From an uncultured Nitrospiraceae bacterium (lineage in GTDB: Bacteria > Nitrospirota > Thermodesulfovibrionia > Thermodesulfovibrionales > UBA6898): DNA of 64,000 bases. Each line of letters starts with the position of its first letter. Position 1 is the first letter of the stretch. Below, piece by piece: positions 10,483 through 18,165 of the stretch. The translations under genes and the position numbers were made by a program. The notes under the pieces were generated by a model. That model was not told the origin of the DNA and ran no database searches. It saw only the letters and a list, made by a program, of their open reading frames with translations. Location: assembly GCA_963811165.1 (NCBI GenBank), contig CAWEQH010000001.1:352001-416000 (forward strand), written 5' to 3'.

Positions 10483-12468
10483 ATGGGGCATCGAATTACC
10501 TTCTCTTCTTTATATTTTGTTTTATTATTGCTTGCTATTTATTTTTCACTTTTTACTTTCGTCTGTTTTGCCGGGGATGCCGATACCACCATCATCACTT
10601 CGGATAAGCTTGAATATTTCGGTGAAACGAAAACGTATATCGCCACCGGGGCGGCGACGGTCGAAAAAGGCGCCGCTGTCTTAAAATCCGACGAAATAAC
10701 TTTCCATGAGGACACCTCTGAGGCGCTGGCCGTCGGTGCGGTCAGTTACGACGACCCGGAGACCTCGATAAAGGCGGCCAGGGCCGGGATGAATCTCGAT
10801 GCAAAAACAGGGACACTCTTTGACGCGGAGGTATTCTATAAGAAATACAATTATCATATCTCGGGAAAAGAGATAGAGAAGAGGGCCGAGGATTACTACT
10901 ATAGTCCTGACGCCACGTTTACTACGTGCGACGCGCCTGTGCCTGCCTGGTGTTTCAAGGGCAAGGACGTGAACGCCGTGGTGGAAAAGAAATTGATCGC
11001 AAAAGATGCGACCTTCCGGATCAAGGACCTCCCTGTTTTATATACGCCCTATTTGTATGCGCCTCTTTTGAAAGACCGGCAGACCGGTTTTTTGATCCCC
11101 CTCGTTTCAAACAGCAGTTCGCGCGGGGCGTCGCTCACCCTCCCGTTTTATTGGGCGATTTCTGAAAACAGGGACGCCACGTTTGTGCTCGATGCGTACA
11201 GCAAGCGTGGCATAGGTACCGGGCTCGAATACCGTTTCGTCGAACCGGGAGGAGCAAACGGCAACTGGTGGACCTATAACATAAAGGATACCCTACTTGA
11301 GAAGGATTTCTTTGAGGTCAGAGGCCTCTACGAAAACCGCAGGCCGGAAAGTCTCGGAGGGTATCTCAATGTCAATTACGTAAACGATAAGGATTTTTAT
11401 CAGCAGTTCAGTACCCGCCGGGACATTCGTACGCTCCGGTATCTCGAATCCACCGGTGAGGTGAATCTGCCCATGAACGATTCGAGGCTTTATCTTCTTT
11501 CTCAATATTGGAAGGACTTGCTAAACGATACCTCTTCCGTCCCCCAGAAACTTCCGGAGGCCGGATACGTCCTGAATTACACCCCGCTTGGCGACGTTAT
11601 GTTTTCTGCGGCCGCTAACGCAGCCAACCTCTGGAGGGAAAACGGGACATCGGCGGAGAGGATCGATCTGTATCCCCGGGTCCTTCATTCCATTGGGAAA
11701 GACGTGGTCTTGACCCAGGCGGTTGCGCTCAGGGAGACCGCATATTCCTTTTACAACGACCAGGATGCGGACAACTTCAAACAAAGAGGGGCCTACGAAT
11801 ACGATGCGATCTTGCATACGAGGCTCTATAAGACATATTCATCATTTACTCATGTAATCGAGCCTTCGGTGCGGTATCACTTTATCTACAGTTCAAGCAA
11901 CGATCTTCCCCTTTTGGATTCCACCGAGCTTTTCGGGAAGACCTCGGACATAGAGTTGAGCGTGTTAAACAGGGCCATGGCCAAAGGCACGGAGTTGTTT
12001 GCGGTACGGCTCACCCAGCCGATCGATACCTATAATGGAAGACCCTTTCAGCCCCTGAGACTGGAAGTCGCTGTCAAATCCCCGGTTGCTCTTACAATGG
12101 AAGCATCCTATGACATGTACTCGGGCAGTCTCGATACCGTGACCTCTCTCATCACCTTCCAGGCGTTTAAGACGAACTTTACCTTAGGCGAAAGGTATAA
12201 CAGAAAGGACGATATTATGATGTATACCGGCTACGTCGGCTTCAACCCGCTTAAGACCCTGCAGATATCCGGACAGATCTGGTATGACGCAAAAGGTCCG
12301 GGACTCCAGGACCTTGTCCTAGACGTAAAATATCAAAAACAGTGCTGGGGGGTGCGATTTGAGGCGGTGAAAAGCCCGGGTGATTTCACGATGAAGGTCC
12401 TCTTCGACATTACGGGAATTTCTTCGAAGTCTCAGATGAAGGTCCGGGAGTATTCACCTACGCTCTGA
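10483..12468 (+). CDS. lptD: LPS assembly protein LptD
   Basis: N-terminal OstA-like domain, FTTCD..PAW, RQTGFLIP, QCW near the C-terminus, beta-barrel pattern; start uncertain (10474 or 10483). Confidence 0.85.
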   Translation: MGHRITFSSLYFVLLLLAIYFSLFTFVCFAGDADTTIITSDKLEYFGETKTYIATGAATVEKGAAVLKSDEITFHEDTSEALAVGAVSYDDPETSIKAARAGMNLDAKTGTLFDAEVFYKKYNYHISGKEIEKRAEDYYYSPDATFTTCDAPVPAWCFKGKDVNAVVEKKLIAKDATFRIKDLPVLYTPYLYAPLLKDRQTGFLIPLVSNSSSRGASLTLPFYWAISENRDATFVLDAYSKRGIGTGLEYRFVEPGGANGNWWTYNIKDTLLEKDFFEVRGLYENRRPESLGGYLNVNYVNDKDFYQQFSTRRDIRTLRYLESTGEVNLPMNDSRLYLLSQYWKDLLNDTSSVPQKLPEAGYVLNYTPLGDVMFSAAANAANLWRENGTSAERIDLYPRVLHSIGKDVVLTQAVALRETAYSFYNDQDADNFKQRGAYEYDAILHTRLYKTYSSFTHVIEPSVRYHFIYSSSNDLPLLDSTELFGKTSDIELSVLNRAMAKGTELFAVRLTQPIDTYNGRPFQPLRLEVAVKSPVALTMEASYDMYSGSLDTVTSLITFQAFKTNFTLGERYNRKDDIMMYTGYVGFNPLKTLQISGQIWYDAKGPGLQDLVLDVKYQKQCWGVRFEAVKSPGDFTMKVLFDITGISSKSQMKVREYSPTL

Positions 12469-12524
12469 CCCGGAGTTGTCGCTCTTCTTATTCGCGCGTG
12501 GCCAAAAAAATTGTATAATAAGTC

Positions 12525-12731
12525 ATGAAGAGTGCGTATCTCGATAAGCATTATTCCGAGACAACGGGCAAGCTTCATATCCCCTGCCCGCACAGAAACA
12601 CAACGGGTATCGAAGTACATGTGGTAATAAAAGACGGGTACTGCTACCGTTCGTGTGATTGCATGGTCATAAAGTGCAAATTCAACCGCATGCAGTCAGA
12701 TATAGGCTGTCTTCTCTCGCTTACCTGGTAA
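12525..12731 (+). CDS. Small Cys-rich hypothetical protein
   Basis: 68-aa ORF with six Cys, preceded by TATAAT. Confidence 0.45.
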   Translation: MKSAYLDKHYSETTGKLHIPCPHRNTTGIEVHVVIKDGYCYRSCDCMVIKCKFNRMQSDIGCLLSLTW

Positions 12732-12744
12732 AATTTTTCTCTCT

Positions 12745-12937
12745 GGGGCTTCGCCCCATACCCCAGTTACCTTTCTTGCTCGCTCCAAGAAAGCTAACGT
12801 AAAGAACGGCGCCCCGACGAAAATTTTTCACGGCTTGCTTGGTCGGCCTCGGTAGATTTTAGGAACTCGCCTGCGGCTCAGACAGCCTAAAATCTTTCAC
12901 CCTCGGCCTCAGTCGCAAACCTAAATTTTCGAAGGGG
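12745..12937 (+). repeat. Structured ~195-nt repeat element, copy 1
   Basis: GGGGCTTCGCCCC-ATACCCC start, nested stems, central AACTCGCC...CTCAGACAG; homologous to 12991-13191 in inverse orientation. Confidence 0.8.
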
Positions 12938-12990
12938 ATTAAACGACTTAAAGACATCTTCAAAAGATATTTGTGTTATGTATTAGTGGG

Positions 12991-13191
12991 GCCCCTTTGG
13001 AAAATCCCGGTTTGCGATCGAGGGCCGGCGTAAGAAATTTTAGACTGTCTGAGTCCCGCTTCGGGGCGAGTTTCTAAAATTTAGCCGGACCGACAGAGCA
13101 AAGCGAAAGGGATTTTCCGTGGGGTGCGTGCTTTTGGGCACTTTTCATTGGCATTAATGAAAAGCGCCCGGGGTATAAGGGGCAGAGCCCC
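12991..13191 (-). repeat. Structured ~200-nt repeat element, copy 2 (inverted)
   Basis: Reverse complement GGGGCTCTGCCCCTTATACCCC...AACTCGCC...CTCAGACAG...TCGCAAACC...AAGGGG is colinear with copy 1. Confidence 0.8.
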
Positions 13192-13210
13192 TTTTTCCCC
13201 GCCCGGAGTG

Positions 13211-13229
13211 CCTGCCTGCCGGTAGGCAG
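13211..13229. repeat. Short REP-like palindrome
   Basis: CCTGCCTGCCGGTAGGCAG; related copy at 56592-56612. Confidence 0.6.
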
Positions 13230-13612
13230 AAAACTCCGCATCTGTTGATTTAGACTTTTTAAATTTCCAAATAAGAGATAACAGAGACGGGGCTTTGCCC
13301 CGCACCCTCTTTCACGCTTGTCTTATTGGAAATGCCGGATCTCAAAAAAGAGAAGGGGATTTTCAGTCAATCGATATTGCCGCAGCGGTGGAGGGCTTGC
13401 CCGCCAGTCCGTTTGGAGGGCTGCAATAAAGGGCGGTAGCCTGCCCGCCGTCGGTCCGGAGGGCTGCCGAGATTCAGCCGCGGCGTTAGGGGAAGGTATT
13501 CGCTCAGAAGTCACTGATTGTAGACGATATTTCCGTCCACAGAATCCCCGTGACTGCAATATTAATATCACAGTCACTATAATATTAATATTCAAGGTTC
13601 GGTATATTACAG

Positions 13613-14428
13613 ATAGCTTCACCAAGCGATGTTGCTTCTGAAAGAAATATAATTCGCGAAGTGTTATCGGAGTGGAACATTGTCAACGCTGATACCAGAA
13701 AAATGGTATTGCTGCCGGTCGGATGGGAGACCCATACTTCGCCAGCAATGGGCGACCGGCCACAAGCAATAATAAACAAGCAAATCTTGAAAGACTGTGA
13801 TCTTCTCGTTGGCGTCTTTTGGACGCGCATTGGCACGTCAACCGGCGACTATGTTAGCGGAACGGTTGAGGAAATTGAGGAACACATCAAAGCTGGCAAA
13901 CCTGTGATGTTATACTTTTCGGGTGCACCTGTTCATCAAGATAGCGTAGATACTGATCAATATACAGAACTTAAAAAGTTTAGGGAGTCATGTAAATCAC
14001 GTGGGGTATTTGAAACGTATACCGATTTAAACGACTTTAAGTCGAAATTTTATAGACAACTTCAGCTTAAGGTAAATCAAGATTCCTATTTTATAAAAGA
14101 AAAGCAAGCCGCCGCTGTTGTTAGAAACATCAGCGAAACAGTCCTTCCAGATATACCGTCATTATCCCGCGAAGCTCAGACACTACTAAAAGAAGCAAGT
14201 CAGGACGCCAACGGTATGATTCTTTGTCTCCATACACTTGGCGGCTTTCATATACAAACAAATGGAAAAGACTTCGTGGGTGACAACAATCCTCGTAACC
14301 GTGCCATTTGGGAAGGAGCACTCGGCGAACTTGAGCGTCACGCATTAGTAAGTGACGCTGGGCATAAAAGAGAAGTCTTCCAGCTGACGCGACGGGGCTG
14401 CGAAATTGCGGAAATTATTAACCCATAA
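13613..14428 (+). CDS. DUF4062-like domain protein with possible C-terminal winged helix; cassette gene, apparently 5'-truncated
   Basis: IASPSDVASER in frame upstream of GTG 13661; WETH..P..G.RPQ.IIN, CDLLVGVFWTRIG, SGTVEEI; in-frame stop just upstream with no ATG. Confidence 0.75.
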   Translation: MASPSDVASERNIIREVLSEWNIVNADTRKMVLLPVGWETHTSPAMGDRPQAIINKQILKDCDLLVGVFWTRIGTSTGDYVSGTVEEIEEHIKAGKPVMLYFSGAPVHQDSVDTDQYTELKKFRESCKSRGVFETYTDLNDFKSKFYRQLQLKVNQDSYFIKEKQAAAVVRNISETVLPDIPSLSREAQTLLKEASQDANGMILCLHTLGGFHIQTNGKDFVGDNNPRNRAIWEGALGELERHALVSDAGHKREVFQLTRRGCEIAEIINP

Positions 14429-14431
14429 GCA

Positions 14432-14524
14432 GCCCAACAGAACTTTCCAGCCGACCGGTGCTAACTCTGGTTTGGTTTTCACTCTTAGCGTGCTTGCCCC
14501 GGCGGCTGAAAGACCTCGTTATAA
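14432..14524 (+). mobile_element. Integron attC recombination site
   Basis: R'' GCCCAAC, 5-nt spacer, TTTC[C]AGCCG[A]CCGG pairing with CCGGCGGCTGAAA (two extrahelical bases), R' GTTATAA; starts 3 nt after the stop codon. Confidence 0.85.
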
Positions 14525-14548
14525 CCAAAATTAAAGATATAAAGAAAC

Positions 14549-14580
14549 TTGACAAATGATGTCATACATTGTAAACATAT
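14549..14580 (+). promoter_or_regulatory. Sigma70-type promoter of the TA pair
   Basis: TTGACA, then TAAACAT close to the ATG; overlapping TGTCATACA/TGTAAACA repeats may be the operator. Confidence 0.55.
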
Positions 14581-14583
14581 ACC

Positions 14584-14853
14584 ATGGTCGTTTATGAAGC
14601 GAATGTCAGGAAGGCAGTAATTAAAGGCTCTTTACCAAGAGATATTTTCGAACGATTCAATAATGTCTTTATCTCACTTGATACAACGCATGATCTCGGC
14701 CTATTTGACGTCAAAAAGCTGAAGTCGGCTGGAAAAAGAACGTATTATCGAGTCAGAAAGGGAAAATACAGAGCTATTTTTTACATCGAAGAAAGTAATT
14801 TTTTTGTTATTTCGATTGCAAAGAGAGAGGAGGCATACGATAAATGGGAGTGA
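14584..14853 (+). CDS. RelE/ParE family toxin
   Basis: DVKKLK....YYRVRKGKYRAIF...VISIAKREEAY. Confidence 0.85.
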   Translation: MVVYEANVRKAVIKGSLPRDIFERFNNVFISLDTTHDLGLFDVKKLKSAGKRTYYRVRKGKYRAIFYIEESNFFVISIAKREEAYDKWE

Positions 14854-15059
14854 TATCGATTAGATTAAATAAAGACGAAGAAAAGATACTGAAGAAATTA
14901 TCCGAGCATTTTCATGAGGATAAATCGGCGCTGGTCAAAAAATCATTGTTAGATCTATATGAAAACGTCATGGATTTGGATGAGATAAAGAAATTTGAAG
15001 CTAAGGAGCGTAAAGGAAAGTCGTCCTTTTTTTCAGCAGAAGATATTCTGAAAAAATAA
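14844..15059 (+). CDS. Ribbon-helix-helix antitoxin (DUF6290-like)
   Basis: VISIRLNKDEEKIL...S.LVK...E...D; overlaps the toxin stop. Confidence 0.8.
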   Translation: MGVISIRLNKDEEKILKKLSEHFHEDKSALVKKSLLDLYENVMDLDEIKKFEAKERKGKSSFFSAEDILKK

Positions 15060-15069
15060 TCAATCACGT

Positions 15070-15240
15070 TAGGCTGGGAGAGCGCCATTCTGTTTTGATA
15101 AGATGCTAAGAGAGGCTTAGCAAGGAGGGATAGAGTGGCGGGATACAAGGCATACAACTATTCGCAGGGGAAATTCATCCCGCTACAGTTCGACAAGCAG
15201 ATACTTCCCGGGACATTTGAGCACACCCTTCACTATTTTT
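15070..15240 (+). mobile_element. IS1182-family-like remnant (left end and first ~34 transposase codons)
   Basis: GGAGG RBS, GTG 15135, then AGYKAYNYSQGKFIPLQFDKQILPGTFEHTLHY, resembling IS1182 transposase N-termini; similarity then stops. Confidence 0.65.
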
Positions 15241-15289
15241 TAAAAATAGTTAATTTGACAATATTGTTCCGCTCGGTTAAGTTAAAGCT

Positions 15290-15568
15290 ATGATGTCCTA
15301 TGAAGGAAAGGAGAGAAGACATCGGCGGAAAATCTATGTCAGCGCCTTTGCCTACCGCTTGCCTTCCCGTTCTTCTGAAGTCTTTTTCGGCGTCACCTCA
15401 AACATAAGCGATTCCGGGATGTGCATCTATTCGGACGCTCGGCCGGATGAAGGTGAAAGCATGGAATTCAGAAGTGCCCTCCCTATCCCATACCCGAAGG
15501 CAACAGTAAAGTGGGTCAAGGACGATGTAGGCGGCATTTACAGGATGGGGCTCATGTTTGACGAGTAG
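15290..15568 (+). CDS. PilZ domain protein
   Basis: ERRHRR, NISDSGMCI, VKWV, GLMF. Confidence 0.8.
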   Translation: MMSYEGKERRHRRKIYVSAFAYRLPSRSSEVFFGVTSNISDSGMCIYSDARPDEGESMEFRSALPIPYPKATVKWVKDDVGGIYRMGLMFDE

Positions 15569-15580
15569 GAACGGTTTCAC

Positions 15581-16108
15581 TCACCGAAGTATGTTCTTAA
15601 TATAGTCGCTGATCTTATCCGCCCCATCCTCAACCGATGTCCTTTCCGCGTCAATCACGATCTCAGGACTCACCGGTTCCTCATAAGGCGCGTTTACGCC
15701 TGGAACGGGCCAGCCTTTCTCCCCTTTTTTATATATGTCTTTTGGCGCGCCCCGGGTGTCTTGCCTCAGTATCTCCCTTCTCCTGCACTCTTCAATATCA
15801 CATTTCAGATAGACCTCGATATAACCGGGGATGACGGCCCGCGCAAGCCCACGCCATTTCCTTAAGTTGCCGGTTGCATCGATGATCACGTGATGACCGA
15901 GGCCCGTCAGCTCCTTTGCGACAAAGACAAGGCAGCGGTAAACGATATCGCGCTCTCCCTCTGAGTAAGAAGGCTCAGGGGTGAGGACCTTCCTTAGCTC
16001 ATCCATGCGGAGGATAATGAAATCGGGACACCTTTTTTTCAAGGAATCGGCGATACTGCTCTTTCCGCTTCCGGGAAGACCGGTTATCCAAACAGCAATC
16101 CCGCCCAT
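15581..16108 (-). CDS. cysC: Adenylyl-sulfate kinase-like protein
   Basis: WITGLPGSGKS P-loop, IEVYLKC, PGVNAPYEEP..PE. Confidence 0.75.
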   Translation of the reverse strand: MGGIAVWITGLPGSGKSSIADSLKKRCPDFIILRMDELRKVLTPEPSYSEGERDIVYRCLVFVAKELTGLGHHVIIDATGNLRKWRGLARAVIPGYIEVYLKCDIEECRRREILRQDTRGAPKDIYKKGEKGWPVPGVNAPYEEPVSPEIVIDAERTSVEDGADKISDYIKNILR

Positions 16109-16197
16109 AGTGAAAGCTTATCCCCAACTGCGTGCATTATCAAGGCAACACATTCTCTAAGGGCAATGACCTGCCTACTTAGCTCAAATCCGCTATG

Positions 16198-16319
16198 ACC
16201 TTGCGCGGGGACGCATTCGAACGGCTTCAGCGGGCCGTGTTGTCTCACCTCTTAAGGTGAGGCGGCCCGGTGCCTCGGAGCGAAGCGAGAATGAGTGAGG
16301 ATGCGTCCTCGCGCAAGGT
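16198..16319. repeat. Long intergenic palindromic element (MITE/REP-like)
   Basis: ACCTTGCGCGGGGACGCATTC...GGATGCGTCCTCGCGCAAGGT terminal stem with internal CTCACCT...AGGTGAG hairpin. Confidence 0.7.
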
Positions 16320-16349
16320 ATGAGTTTTTTGAAGGTTGCTGTTGCTATC

Positions 16350-17300
16350 TTAGGCGGAAAAACCGTTCTCTGCAGGGTGTAGGGAAAGTATCTCTTTTGC
16401 CGCCTCTATATCCGATTTTATCTGAGACACGAGGGCCTCGGCCCCCTTGAATTTTTTTTCCTCCCTGATCTTTCTTAGGAAGTAAAGCGAGATGTCCTCG
16501 CCGTAAATGTCCTCACTGAAATTGAAGACATGGACCTCGATGGCGAGTACTTTTTTATTGAAGGTGGGGCGCATGCCTATATTTGCGATCCCGTCGTAGA
16601 CCCGCTCCCGGACCACGAGCCTGACCGCATATACACCGTCTGAGGGGATGATGATGTGCTTCGAGGCTATGTTTGCCGTAGGGAAGCCGAGGCCCTTTCC
16701 CCTCCCGTCCCCCCTGACTACTATGCCGGTGATCGCATAGTTTCGTCCCAGGAGTTTTGCGGCATGTTCCACATCGCCGTCACGAAGCAGGGTACGGATT
16801 TTGGTGCTGCTTATCGCCTCACCGTCAACGGCTATCTGTTCGATCTCCCTTACCGTGAAGCCGTATTTTTCTCCGAGGGCCCTCAATTTTTGAATGTCCC
16901 CTTCCCTTCCCCTTCCGAAACGGTAATTGTACCCCACAAATATCTCCTTGGCCCCGAGGGTGTCGCACAGGATATCTCTTACAAAGTCCTCGGGAGACAT
17001 TGAGGAAAATTCGAGGGTGAAGGGTATTTTCACGAGGACGTCGATCCCGAGTCTCTCAAAGAGCCTGATCTTTTCCTCGTAGATGCTTATGAGGGGAGGG
17101 CATTTGTCGGGAGCGAGAATCTTAAGCGGGTGCGGCCTGAAGGTCACGACCATGCTTAATGCCCCCACTTCCCTTGCCCGCTGGATTATCATCCTCACCA
17201 GCTCCTGATGTCCCAGGTGGAGACCGTCGAAGTTCCCTAGCGTAAGAATGCTGTTGTCGAATTTCTTCTTTATGTTCTTAAGGTCGGTGATCAATATCAT
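16350..17300 (-). CDS. ribF: Bifunctional riboflavin kinase/FAD synthetase
   Basis: GNFDGLHLGH, ISSTKIR, GRGKGLGFPTAN, NIGMRPTF. Confidence 0.97.
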   Translation of the reverse strand: MILITDLKNIKKKFDNSILTLGNFDGLHLGHQELVRMIIQRAREVGALSMVVTFRPHPLKILAPDKCPPLISIYEEKIRLFERLGIDVLVKIPFTLEFSSMSPEDFVRDILCDTLGAKEIFVGYNYRFGRGREGDIQKLRALGEKYGFTVREIEQIAVDGEAISSTKIRTLLRDGDVEHAAKLLGRNYAITGIVVRGDGRGKGLGFPTANIASKHIIIPSDGVYAVRLVVRERVYDGIANIGMRPTFNKKVLAIEVHVFNFSEDIYGEDISLYFLRKIREEKKFKGAEALVSQIKSDIEAAKEILSLHPAENGFSA

Positions 17301-18060
17301 CCGGTAAGCTCCCAATCAGATTTCCCATTTCGCGGTAGATCTCGTTTCCGATCTCCATCCCCAGGTCGATAAATTCAGGCCCGAACCGCCGCCCCGTTTC
17401 TGTCCTGAAGGTCTCTTTTATCCTTCCGACGCCCTTCATCTTTTCGAGGAAATTGCGGTAAAGTGTATAGGCGGGTGTTCCCGAAGATTCCATGATGAGC
17501 CAAAGAGTGGTCGTGAAATTGTCAGGTCCCCACCGGAACTTGTCCGCATCATACAGCGAGTCGCTGACCAATTTCGCCTCTTCATCCTCTGAAGCAAGGA
17601 CTTCCTTGAAGGCCTCGTGATTCCTGATCGCGGCAGCTATGTAACGTTTATACCGGGCATCCAGATCAAAATCTTCGAGTATCTTTTCAGCCTCTTTGCC
17701 TCCTTTGCTAGTATGGTCTTCCTCGTTGCGCTTGATGTCGTGAAAAAGGCCTGCTATCTGCACGCAGAGCACAAGTTCTTCCCTCTTTTCCAGGAGCCCG
17801 CTCCCCAGGGCGCTTTCGATCTGCAGTATCGCTCCCGCCTCTATCGCCACCATCTCCCCGTGCTGAATGCCATGGGCGGGATGCAGCTTCGATTCGTCAA
17901 TGAAGGACCTGCACCTATGGATCACCCTGCTGCCGGAAAAGCTCCGGAGCGACCTCTTAAGTTCCTTCTTATGGGCACGGTAAAAGGAAGGGGGCCCGAT
18001 CTGCCGGGCGACGGCAGTTGCCTTCTCTTTTAACTTTGGATAAATAGGTTCCTTTAACAA
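17278..18060 (-). CDS. HD-domain protein
   Basis: HGIQH...GLFHDIKR...H...IRNHEAF...LYDADKFRWGPDNF; start uncertain (TTG 18060 or ATG 18105). Confidence 0.8.
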   Translation of the reverse strand: MLKEPIYPKLKEKATAVARQIGPPSFYRAHKKELKRSLRSFSGSRVIHRCRSFIDESKLHPAHGIQHGEMVAIEAGAILQIESALGSGLLEKREELVLCVQIAGLFHDIKRNEEDHTSKGGKEAEKILEDFDLDARYKRYIAAAIRNHEAFKEVLASEDEEAKLVSDSLYDADKFRWGPDNFTTTLWLIMESSGTPAYTLYRNFLEKMKGVGRIKETFRTETGRRFGPEFIDLGMEIGNEIYREMGNLIGSLPDDIDHRP

Positions 18061-18165
18061 AATGATCCACAATCCCGAACTTTCATATAATATAATTATA
18101 ATCATTTTCGGGCGATGTTTTCTTTGTCCTTTATAAAAACGGCGGGAGGAGGCCAGCGTGGACCA

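Noticed and set aside
13081..13641. ORFs 13081-13305, 13318-13641 and 13323-13625
   Set aside because: They run through palindromic repeat DNA and show no recognisable protein motifs.
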